A stretch of DNA of 64,000 nucleotides from an uncultured virus (IMG/VR IMGVR_UViG_3300020050_007563). Lineage: Duplodnaviria; Heunggongvirae; Uroviricota; Caudoviricetes. Under the pieces are notes generated by a model. It had not been told where the DNA came from. It did no database searches and saw only the letters and a program-made list of their open reading frames with translations. Each line of letters opens with the position of its first letter. The first letter of the stretch is position 1. Of the stretch, positions 1-7,418 are shown piece by piece. Location of the stretch: IMG/VR virus record IMGVR_UViG_3300020050_007563, one strand, 5' to 3'. Position numbers and translations under genes: made by a program.

Positions 1-8
1 AAAACACC

Positions 9-254
9 ATGAAGAACGCTCGCATCTCCAATACGCTCAACGGCGTCATCAACTCCCTCTGTGCCTCGGGGTATCTGACCGAGGACCAAGCCTCCGAGAT
101 CCGCAAACGACTGGCGCTCCCTTGGGCGCGTCCTGCCATGTGGAATGCCCTGGTGGCCCATGTTGGACTCGAAGAAACCCGCATGTCCCGCTATCGGTTC
201 GTCATCCCAGCAGATCGCCTCCGGTCGGACTTCGCCAGCACCCTCCTGGATTAG
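9..254 (+). CDS. hypothetical protein
   Basis: ATG after an A/C-rich leader; 81-aa ORF collinear with the early module. Confidence 0.6.
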   Translation: MKNARISNTLNGVINSLCASGYLTEDQASEIRKRLALPWARPAMWNALVAHVGLEETRMSRYRFVIPADRLRSDFASTLLD

Positions 255-310
255 AATGGGTCTAAATTAGGAGAAATAGTAGGAGGAAGAAGACAAAGGA
301 TTACATTTGC
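251..310 (+). promoter_or_regulatory. early promoter module copy 1 (palindrome + purine box + -7 box)
   Basis: TTAGAATGGGTCTAAAT 251-267, ATAGTAGGAGGAAGAAGA 276-293, TACATTTGC 302-310; the same module recurs at 3829 and 9086. Confidence 0.8.
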
Positions 311-408
311 TTCGCAGCCTAGCATCGAGCAGCTATGATCCGCCGAACGATGGAGGCAGGCCGGAAGCAACACCGAGGTTTATCCGACGCACTTCATCGA
401 TGTCACCC

Positions 409-700
409 CACCCACCACTAAGAGCTAGAGCAATGGCAAACATGATCACACTAGATCCGGGAATGACTGTACTATACAAGCGCGGCTGGGAGATTGACGG
501 CAATGTCGAGTGGGTTCCATGCAGTGTCGAGCGAGTGACCAGCACAATGGCCATCGTCGGTGGTCATAGGTTCCGCCGCACAGTGGTTATCGATCAGACC
601 GGATACGGACACCTGAGCCTCGTAAAGCCAAGGATGTGGGGTCCAGTGTACCGCATCCACGCTCCTGAACTTGCACCCACCACAAAGAGCTAGAGCAATG
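409..700 (+). repeat. 27-bp direct repeats at gene junctions
   Basis: CACCCACCAC(T/A)AAGAGCTAGAGCAATG at 409-435 and 674-700 (26/27 identical), each ending in a start codon; partial third copy at 854-868. Confidence 0.85.
433..693 (+). CDS. hypothetical protein
   Basis: ATG at the end of the first repeat; in frame with ORF 307..693. Confidence 0.6.
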   Translation: MANMITLDPGMTVLYKRGWEIDGNVEWVPCSVERVTSTMAIVGGHRFRRTVVIDQTGYGHLSLVKPRMWGPVYRIHAPELAPTTKS

Positions 701-853
701 AACACGCCAGAACACATCTTTGTTTGGACACTCCGTGACGTGCTTATAGCAATAGCGCTAGGGGTAGTAATACTCTTAATCCTCTACGGCGTCATCGACA
801 ACTGGATCGATAAACGGTTTCGGAAGAAGAAGAAGTACTATCACAAGGATTGA
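698..853 (+). CDS. small membrane protein
   Basis: One hydrophobic segment (VLIAIALGVVILLILYGVI) and a basic tail. Confidence 0.6.
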   Translation: MNTPEHIFVWTLRDVLIAIALGVVILLILYGVIDNWIDKRFRKKKKYYHKD

Positions 854-882
854 CACCCCACCCACCACCAACAACTGATCCA

Positions 883-1317
883 ATGGAAACGAAGACAACA
901 CCTGTTCACCCGCTGCTGGTCGGTACCACTCCGGGCGAATACATCATCGATGGGTCATCCATCTTCGTGCTGAATGAGGACGGCACCAACCGCATATCCG
1001 CACAGGTTCAGCGCGGATGGGAGAACCAATGGAAGGACGGAGGTAGCCGAACTACCAACGAGGAAGTGGAAGCCGTTGCCCGCTTGTTCCGGGCCGCACC
1101 CTCCCTAGCCGCAGAGAACGCCTTACTGGTAGAGCAGAATGCTAGGCTGAGGGAGGCGCTGGATAAAGACGTAGCCCGCTTCGATGGCATCCTTGGTGAC
1201 ATGCCCAGACTGGCAAGGATGACACCTACCGAGCGGATGTCCTACGATGCGAAGATTGCCGCATATCGAAATGAAGCCCGCGAACTCCTCACCTCTCTAA
1301 CCCATGCATCCAAGTGA
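883..1317 (+). CDS. phage hypothetical protein
   Basis: TPGEY...ARLFRAAPSL motif typical of small phage early proteins; coiled-coil C-terminus. Confidence 0.65.
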   Translation: METKTTPVHPLLVGTTPGEYIIDGSSIFVLNEDGTNRISAQVQRGWENQWKDGGSRTTNEEVEAVARLFRAAPSLAAENALLVEQNARLREALDKDVARFDGILGDMPRLARMTPTERMSYDAKIAAYRNEARELLTSLTHASK

Positions 1318-1583
1318 GCACAACATTGATACACTTGATGAAGCTGGCAACTGCGAACGATGTGATGATTCAGTTCCAGCCAACACAGGACAAGACGCGC
1401 GGACACATCCGCATGTGGGATGCCGTGGAGAAAGATCCGGATAAGGTGCACAAGGTCGAACGGTCTTTCGACTATCGCGCCTTCAGCAACCTCGTTGCCG
1501 CAGACGAGATAAGCATGGATCAGATGATCCGCGCACTTCAGAACCTTGTCGAATCATGCAATCGAAAACTGATTGTTCCATGA
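1314..1583 (+). CDS. hypothetical protein
   Basis: Stop/start overlaps with both neighbours. Confidence 0.6.
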   Translation: MSTTLIHLMKLATANDVMIQFQPTQDKTRGHIRMWDAVEKDPDKVHKVERSFDYRAFSNLVAADEISMDQMIRALQNLVESCNRKLIVP

Positions 1584-1771
1584 TCACACCGAAGGACAAG
1601 GCACTGACCCCAGTAGAACAAGCGATCGAGAGGGCGATGGCTCGGATCGGATGCCCTCCGGGTGACAACTCCGATGCGGATCTATACCACGAACTTGCAG
1701 CCGCCCTAGCCTCCCTGAAGTCCATGGAGCCACGCAAGCCTGTAAACGAGGAGTGCGCTACCAAGCCATGA
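1580..1771 (+). CDS. hypothetical protein
   Basis: ATGA coupling with neighbours. Confidence 0.5.
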   Translation: MITPKDKALTPVEQAIERAMARIGCPPGDNSDADLYHELAAALASLKSMEPRKPVNEECATKP

Positions 1772-2001
1772 AGACAGAATCTCCAGCTCCAGCTCCTTTA
1801 GTGAGTGATGAGCAAATGAAGACCTATCGAATTTCGTGTACCCTATCTATCGAGGTCACGGTAGAAGCGGAATCTGAAGAAGCTGCGCTTGGGTGGCGTG
1901 TTACATCGGTAAGCACCAAGGACGACGACAATTTCAAGGCAGGCGTGTGCGACATAGAGATAGGCCGTCTTGATGTCGATGAAATAACCGAAGAAGCATG
2001 A
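1768..2001 (+). CDS. hypothetical protein
   Basis: MKTYRISCTLSIEVTVEAESEEAA is a common small phage protein pattern. Confidence 0.55.
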   Translation: MKTESPAPAPLVSDEQMKTYRISCTLSIEVTVEAESEEAALGWRVTSVSTKDDDNFKAGVCDIEIGRLDVDEITEEA

Positions 2002-2288
2002 AGCACATAAGCGATGCCGAGATAGTGGAATTGCGCAAGTCGCGCACCACGATAAGCATCACGCCAGAGTTCGCTTGGCAGGATGGCGCAATGGACCTAC
2101 GCGACCTTTACGAAGCCCACCTTTCCAAGATGAGAGCCGAGCGGGACGAGTTGGTGGAGAAGGCTAAGGAGGCCGAAGAATATCTGGTCATGGCTTTAGG
2201 GTCGGACGCCTTTGTGCGCACACCGGACCCCATTCAGCGATGGCTCCTGAAAGCCCGCGCCCTCCTCTCCAAGTACAAGACCGAGTGA
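1998..2288 (+). CDS. hypothetical protein
   Basis: ATGA coupling; 96 aa. Confidence 0.6.
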   Translation: MKHISDAEIVELRKSRTTISITPEFAWQDGAMDLRDLYEAHLSKMRAERDELVEKAKEAEEYLVMALGSDAFVRTPDPIQRWLLKARALLSKYKTE

Positions 2289-2297
2289 CTAAATTAG

Positions 2298-2420
2298 CGG
2301 AGGCGTTCTTTGTGATGGTGGGCACACTGTGGCGCGTGGCCCCAAGCCAGCCCGCCGGAAGTCCGCACTTCTTGGGTAGCAGCGGTAAACCGGCCCCACC
2401 AACACAAAGAACAGGCTCCG
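2298..2420 (+). ncRNA. putative structured RNA (long closing stem, multibranch interior) upstream of the HisRS-like gene
   Basis: GTTCTTTGTG-A-TGGTGGG (2305-2322) pairs with CCCACCA-A-CACAAAGAAC (2395-2412); inner stems CCCAAG/CTTGGG and GAAGT/ACTTC. Strand uncertain. Confidence 0.55.
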
Positions 2421-2477
2421 TGATCCGCAGGCCGTCGCAATCGGGCGGCGGCTTGCTCACCTCAAATCAACAGGAAC

Positions 2478-3110
2478 ATGGAATTGCGTATTGAACAACA
2501 GTCAAGGGGCGTTCGGATCATCACAGGACAAGAAGCCTATCGGCGTCGCTTGCATTTGTCTCGGATTGCCGAGGTGGCTCAAGCATATGGCTTCGAGGAG
2601 ATCATTCTTCCAACAATCGAACCGGCATCGCTTTACGTGGACAAGGCAGGTCCGGAAATTCTTGGCCAGATGTACACATTCCCCGACCGAAAGGGCCGCG
2701 AACTATGTCTGCGACCGGAGGGGACAGCAACCGTTCAGGCGGTAGCTCGTGAACACTGGAAAGGACAGGAGAAGCGCGTTTGGTATTTCGAGCGCTGCTA
2801 TCGATATGAGCGACCACAGGCAGGTCGATACCGCGAGTTCTTCCAGTTCGGAGTGGAGTGGCTGAACCCGTGTACCGATGCGCCGCGTGAAGTGCTGATT
2901 GAAATGGCTGGTCATATGCTCAAAGGAACCGATGCCGTGCTTTCCGAAGGCGTCAAGAGGGGCCTGAGCTACTATACCGGCGACGGCTTCGAGTTCGTTT
3001 GTGATAAGCTCGGTGCGCAGAAACAGGTGTGCGGGGGCGGTCCATATAATGGAGGCATTGGGTTCGCAATCGGGTTCGATAGGATGATGCTCGCATTGAA
3101 TGCCAGCTAA
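2478..3110 (+). CDS. minimal histidyl-tRNA synthetase-like protein (class II catalytic core only)
   Basis: Motif 1 region GFEEIILPTIE, LCLRPEGTA, motif 2 YRYERPQAGRYREFFQFGVE, HisA-like RGLSYYTG, motif 3 GFAIGFDR. 210 aa with no anticodon-binding domain. Confidence 0.88.
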   Translation: MELRIEQQSRGVRIITGQEAYRRRLHLSRIAEVAQAYGFEEIILPTIEPASLYVDKAGPEILGQMYTFPDRKGRELCLRPEGTATVQAVAREHWKGQEKRVWYFERCYRYERPQAGRYREFFQFGVEWLNPCTDAPREVLIEMAGHMLKGTDAVLSEGVKRGLSYYTGDGFEFVCDKLGAQKQVCGGGPYNGGIGFAIGFDRMMLALNAS

Positions 3111-3211
3111 CGTAGCATAAACGAAGATCTTCGCATATCGATCACCGATCCTTTCCAAATCAGACCCCGCCTAATGTGAAGCTAACCGCATGCGAAGCGT
3201 AGCCTTTGCAT

Positions 3212-3247
3212 TAAATGACGAAGCCCCGCACTATTGGCCGGGGCTTC
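3212..3247 (-). terminator. intrinsic terminator-like hairpin
   Basis: 9-bp stem GAAGCCCCG/CGGGGCTTC (3220-3247) followed by GTCATTT on the minus strand. Confidence 0.6.
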
Positions 3248-3466
3248 ACCGCTTTCGCGGGCTCGTTGGCCAGCCATTGCACTAAGCCTTTCGGCGACCG
3301 CTTGTAGCGGACCTTTATGCAAGGCAGACCTACGCTCGTTCGGTATGTTCGCGGGGCCCGTGCTGGTCTTTTCACGCTGCCCACCGATCAAGTCGATGGG
3401 TACCTAAGCCAACGGACCCGCTAAGGCCTTTGGCGCGAGGTGCGGCCCACGAACACAAAGAACTGG
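3212..3466 (-). ncRNA. putative ~255-nt stand-alone structured RNA
   Basis: On the minus strand: -7 box TATACTTGC at 3475-3467, closing stem with G-U pairs (3463-3446/3355-3338), two GAAA-tetraloop hairpins and a 3' terminator hairpin; no credible ORF. Confidence 0.7.
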
Positions 3467-3828
3467 GCAAGTATAGCAATCCTCCGCTACCTTCGCACCA
3501 TCCAAAACGGACGAGCTCCGAATCCTAATGACGCGCCGGGCAGCTAACTGTTCGGCGTTGTCATTTCAACGGATCAGGTTCCGAAGACCTTCCGGATTCC
3601 TTCCCGATCCACCCTCATCATATACCGCTGAGTAATCGACAGGGAGGAATGCCCAAGGATCTGCCTGAGTAGGTCAAGTGGTACTTTCTCACGCGCCGCC
3701 CAATGAGCGAACGTGTGCCGCGACCATTTCACCTAACCAGTACCTGAATGTAGGTATAGGTGGCTTTCTCTTCTTTTCTCTCCCGCGTCTCACCCCCCTT
3801 CGTCGGGATCGCCCTGGCCTTCGTGCGC

Positions 3829-3889
3829 TTAGAATGAATCTAAATAAGACCTCGATAGTAGGAAGAGGAAGAAATAATATTACATTTGC
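3829..3889 (+). promoter_or_regulatory. early promoter module copy 2
   Basis: TTAGAATGAATCTAAAT 3829-3845, ATAGTAGGAAGAGGAAGA from 3855, TACATTTGC 3881-3889. Confidence 0.8.
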
Positions 3890-3903
3890 CTCGAACAACA
3901 ACA

Positions 3904-4227
3904 ATGGCCATGTGGAAAGCCGGAATGAAGGTGGTATGCGTGGATGTCTCCTTTCCGACGCCAGTTATAGGCGTGGCGCCTCCATTGGTTAAAGGGAAGA
4001 CGTACACCATTGTTGGGAGCAGAGAGTGTCCACTATGCGCTAAGACGTGTGTGGACGTGGGCATCCCAGGTGGGGGAGGAATCGGAAGATGCCATTGTGG
4101 GCATCGAAGGATGCAGGAGGTGTGGTGGGTTAGTGCGTGGCGCTTCCGCCCCCTCCTCGGCCACGAACAGGAGCAGCTCGACAAGATCGAGGAAGAGGCT
4201 ATGTCTGAAGAACTCCTGTCTGCATGA
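3904..4227 (+). CDS. hypothetical Cys-containing protein
   Basis: GMKVVCVD...LVKGKTYTI...RFRPL phage pattern with CxxC/CxC; directly after the promoter. Confidence 0.65.
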   Translation: MAMWKAGMKVVCVDVSFPTPVIGVAPPLVKGKTYTIVGSRECPLCAKTCVDVGIPGGGGIGRCHCGHRRMQEVWWVSAWRFRPLLGHEQEQLDKIEEEAMSEELLSA

Positions 4228-4475
4228 AACTCACCGTCTCCGAAGGCATCATCATGAGGGGTCAAGAGGCTCTCGGGTATGCTATTGATACGAAGGCGGT
4301 CTGGCGAGAAGCTCTTCGGCGTGTCCGTGGCTTCGTGGACCGCCTGGGGGATCCGGATGTCCCTGATGACATGGGAGAGGCGGTACGGGACTACATGGAG
4401 GGGCTGACAGATGCGGAACTACAAGAGATAGTGGAGGATCACAAGTGGGAGATACTGGATGAGCTAATAGACTGA
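4224..4475 (+). CDS. hypothetical protein
   Basis: ATGA coupling. Confidence 0.6.
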   Translation: MKLTVSEGIIMRGQEALGYAIDTKAVWREALRRVRGFVDRLGDPDVPDDMGEAVRDYMEGLTDAELQEIVEDHKWEILDELID

Positions 4476-4478
4476 GCC

Positions 4479-4688
4479 ATGACCAACGACAAGAAGCTCT
4501 CCCTGCTGCACGCTCAACTCTCAGCAGCCATTGATGCCGGAGATGAGGTCTCCGTCCTCCAGATCAATCGTCAGATAGAAGAAGTGTTTGCTCTGGATAG
4601 AGAGGAAGTAGTAAGGTACATGCTCAGAAATAGAGTGGTTCTTTCTGAGCACCTATTTCAGACGTTGGGACGAGAGGGGGATTCTTGA
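4479..4688 (+). CDS. hypothetical protein
   Basis: Collinear 69-aa ORF. Confidence 0.55.
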   Translation: MTNDKKLSLLHAQLSAAIDAGDEVSVLQINRQIEEVFALDREEVVRYMLRNRVVLSEHLFQTLGREGDS

Positions 4689-4757
4689 CTTTTTGCTATG
4701 AGTCGGGCGCCTCCGTTGCCCTCCTCTGGCCCGCGATGAACTAAAAACCAAAACACC

Positions 4758-5678
4758 ATGAAAACGATAGTCATAAACACTCAGGCAGAGATGGATGCGC
4801 TTCCGCGTTCATTCGACGAACACACAGAGCTGCAAATACGTGGTAAAATCACGGAGGTTCGTCTCGCATATACAAACGCGGTCATAAGCGTCTGCGGCAG
4901 CGCCACCATCCAGTACGTCTACGGCAGCGCCACCATCCAGCGCGTCTGCGGCAGCGCCACCATCCAGTACGTCTGCGGCAATGCCACCATCCAGCGCGTC
5001 TACGGCAGCGCCACCATCCAGCACGTCTACGACAGCGCCACCATCCAGTACGTCTGCGGCAATGCCACCATCCAGCGCGTCTACGGCAGCGCCACCATCC
5101 AGCACGTCTACGCCAGCGCCACCATCCAGTACGTCTACGGCAGCGCCACCATCCAGCACGTCTGCGGCAATGCCACCATCCGAATAGAGTCTGGCACCAT
5201 TGACATAATGCTAGGCGCGGCAGTGGCGTTCGTTCTCGGAAAATGCACCATCAAGTCAAAGTCCAAAACAAACACGATCATCCAGAGGCCGGAGTCTGGT
5301 ACTGTTGATCTATGGATGATGAGCGAGGGTGTCGTTGCCGAACTCGGTTACGTAGTCCTATTCAAGAGGGTGTCGTCACAATATCAGACGCAAGAGAATA
5401 GTCTACGCGAAACAACGTGGACGCCCGGCACCACCCTTGAACACAGCTCATGGGATCCTCACAAAGAGGAGTGCGGAGCCGGAAAGTATCACGCCTGCTC
5501 GCTGCCTGTGTTCTGTGATGAGTTCCGGAGCACTTATGGGGACAAGTATGTGGCGATCAGGGTCAAAACGTCCGACATGCACGCATGGAAGGACCCGGCT
5601 TACCCGCATAAGATCGCCTTCAGAAAAGGGACTGTAATGTACGAGTGTGACCTCTCCGGAAAAGAGATCAAGCCATGA
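4758..5678 (+). CDS. tandem-repeat (beta-solenoid-like) phage protein with conserved C-terminal domain
   Basis: 11 x 9-aa repeats [YRHS]V[YC][GDA][SN]ATIQ; C-terminal VLFKRV...ECGAGKYHAC domain. Confidence 0.85.
   Translation: MKTIVINTQAEMDALPRSFDEHTELQIRGKITEVRLAYTNAVISVCGSATIQYVYGSATIQRVCGSATIQYVCGNATIQRVYGSATIQHVYDSATIQYVCGNATIQRVYGSATIQHVYASATIQYVYGSATIQHVCGNATIRIESGTIDIMLGAAVAFVLGKCTIKSKSKTNTIIQRPESGTVDLWMMSEGVVAELGYVVLFKRVSSQYQTQENSLRETTWTPGTTLEHSSWDPHKEECGAGKYHACSLPVFCDEFRSTYGDKYVAIRVKTSDMHAWKDPAYPHKIAFRKGTVMYECDLSGKEIKP
4887..5183 (+). repeat. 11 x 27-bp coding tandem repeat
   Basis: Unit NNC-GTC-TRC-GNC-ARY-GCC-ACC-ATC-CAG; 297 bp; includes a duplicated 81-bp higher-order block. 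Confidence 0.95.
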
Positions 5679-6082
5679 ACAAGCGCATCACTCCAAGCAA
5701 CATCACAAGCCTATCTCCCAACGAAGTGTTCGTATTCGGATCGAATACTCGCGGGGTCCATGGGGCTGGCGCGGCTCGGACTGCTCTCCAGTGGGGAGCC
5801 CGGTACGGCGATGGTCATGGATTACAGGGACAGACCTATGCCTTGGCTACGGTCAGAGTTCCTGGAGAGAAGCTGCCGATATTGAGCCTTCGGCGCAACA
5901 TCAACGACTTCATCGCATTCGCCTCTCTAAATCCAGGTCGCACGTTCCTCGTCACAGAGGTTGGCTGCGGGCTGGCTGGGTTCAGCGTAGAGGAGGTGGC
6001 TCCTTTGTTCGCGGATGCTGTCAGCATTCCCAATATCAATCTACCGGCCAGCTTCTGGGACATCCTAACCGAACAACCATGA
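5675..6082 (+). CDS. macro-domain-like phage protein (A1S_2505-like family)
   Basis: EVFVFGSNTRGVHGAGAA...GLQGQTYAL...FLVTEVGCGLAG signature. Confidence 0.8.
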   Translation: MNKRITPSNITSLSPNEVFVFGSNTRGVHGAGAARTALQWGARYGDGHGLQGQTYALATVRVPGEKLPILSLRRNINDFIAFASLNPGRTFLVTEVGCGLAGFSVEEVAPLFADAVSIPNINLPASFWDILTEQP

Positions 6083-6360
6083 TCCAGCAACTCGATGATC
6101 TCATCCCTCGACTGAAGGAGCTACCCTGCACGGGTGTGTTGACCCCGGACTTCTTGAAGGGCCTTTCGCCCCAGCAGTTCAAGGAGATACGAGAGCACTA
6201 CAATGTTCCCCATCTGCACAAGTTGTGGAATGGGAACGGAGTGTACTTCATGATCCCTGTGAACGATGGGCTGTTCATCTCCGTGGACCTGAAGGATGAA
6301 GTAGGGGTCCCTCCTCCTGAGTCGGCAGAAGACATCCTGAAGAGGGTGGCGGGGGAGTGA
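6079..6360 (+). CDS. hypothetical protein
   Basis: ATGA-coupled internal start of ORF 5647..6360. Confidence 0.6.
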   Translation: MIQQLDDLIPRLKELPCTGVLTPDFLKGLSPQQFKEIREHYNVPHLHKLWNGNGVYFMIPVNDGLFISVDLKDEVGVPPPESAEDILKRVAGE

Positions 6361-6496
6361 TCTTTTCTTTCTGACGCTGGCGTCAGAGCTTTAGGTATCG
6401 CAGTTCGCCGAGCCGACCGATTGGTTCTTTGGTAAGAAGATCCTCAACATAGGGGAATCTCGGTGACCATTCCTTTGCACGATAAACAACACGCAC

Positions 6497-7099
6497 ATGA
6501 AGATTCTTGTTGCCTGCGAACACTCTGGTTCCGTCCGGGATGAACTACTGGCTCTCGGCCACGATGCCATCTCGTGCGACATACTACCAACTAATACGCC
6601 GGGCCCGCACTACCAGGGTGACGTGCGGGACATCTTGGATCAGTCGTGGGATATGGTAATCGCGTTCCCGCCCTGTACACACCTTGCCGTCAGCGGAGCC
6701 AAGCACTTCGCTCAGAAGCGAGCCGATGGCAGGCAGCAGGAAGGCATCGACTTCTTTCTGCTGTTCACTCGGTTGGACTGCCCACGGGTGGTGATCGAGA
6801 ATCCCGTCGGGATCATGTCTACCGTATATCGGAAGCCGGATCAGATCATCCAGCCGTATCAACACGGAGACCCTTTCACGAAAACAACTTGCCTTTGGTT
6901 GAAGGGGCTTCCATTGCTGACCCCGACGAGCGTGGTTGATAAGGGTGAGCGCCATGTCACGAAAAGCGGCAAAAGCCTCCCGAAGTGGTATAATGATGCC
7001 CTGGGTCTGCCGCCAGCGCAGCGCGCTATCGTGCGCAATAAAACCTTCCCTGGGATCGCGCGCGCCATGGCTACTCAGTGGGCTGGCGCAGCACTCTAA
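6497..7099 (+). CDS. DNA cytosine methyltransferase-like protein
   Basis: ILVACEHSG, catalytic FPPC, IENP and KTFPGIARAMA motifs. Confidence 0.85.
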   Translation: MKILVACEHSGSVRDELLALGHDAISCDILPTNTPGPHYQGDVRDILDQSWDMVIAFPPCTHLAVSGAKHFAQKRADGRQQEGIDFFLLFTRLDCPRVVIENPVGIMSTVYRKPDQIIQPYQHGDPFTKTTCLWLKGLPLLTPTSVVDKGERHVTKSGKSLPKWYNDALGLPPAQRAIVRNKTFPGIARAMATQWAGAAL

Positions 7100-7295
7100 A
7101 CACAACAACACATGAAACGTTCGCCTTTGTTCATCCGCATTGCGATGCACTACTGGTATTCTCCTTATCCGTGGCCGGATGATGAGATGCATGACGCCCA
7201 TCGCATGGTATATCGAGAGCTTGCTGCGGCGGGGCTTATCTGAGAAAAAGTGAGGCACCCCTTGCTCGTGTCAATCGTGGAAGTAAATTTGTGGC

Positions 7296-7418
7296 ATGCG
7301 TCCCACTACCGCATCCCCAAGAAGTACCCAGCGCCCACAAGCGCATCAACAGCAACGACCGGCAGGAGTAGTGGCCTGCTGGCGTTGCGCTGTTGTGGGT
7401 TGCTATGGGAAGAACTAG
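7296..7418 (+). CDS. putative leaderless 40-aa leader ORF overlapping the next start
   Basis: TAAATTTG -7 box (7284-7291), 4 nt, then ATG; overlaps ATG 7405 and spans a long hairpin. Confidence 0.4.
   Translation: MRPTTASPRSTQRPQAHQQQRPAGVVACWRCAVVGCYGKN

Noticed and set aside
2478..3110. HisZ (ATP phosphoribosyltransferase regulatory subunit) or ordinary hisS
   Set aside because: Catalytic motifs look HisRS-like rather than degenerate, there is no his operon, and the protein is too short for HisS.
3298..3312. Twister ribozyme (minus-strand CCGCTACAAGCGG)
   Set aside because: Only a partial loop resemblance; the other conserved twister elements could not be placed.
4887..5183. CRISPR array or DGR variable repeat
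   Set aside because: Units are contiguous, in frame and lack unique spacers; adenines in ACC-ATC-CAG are invariant; no reverse transcriptase or cas gene is in the window.
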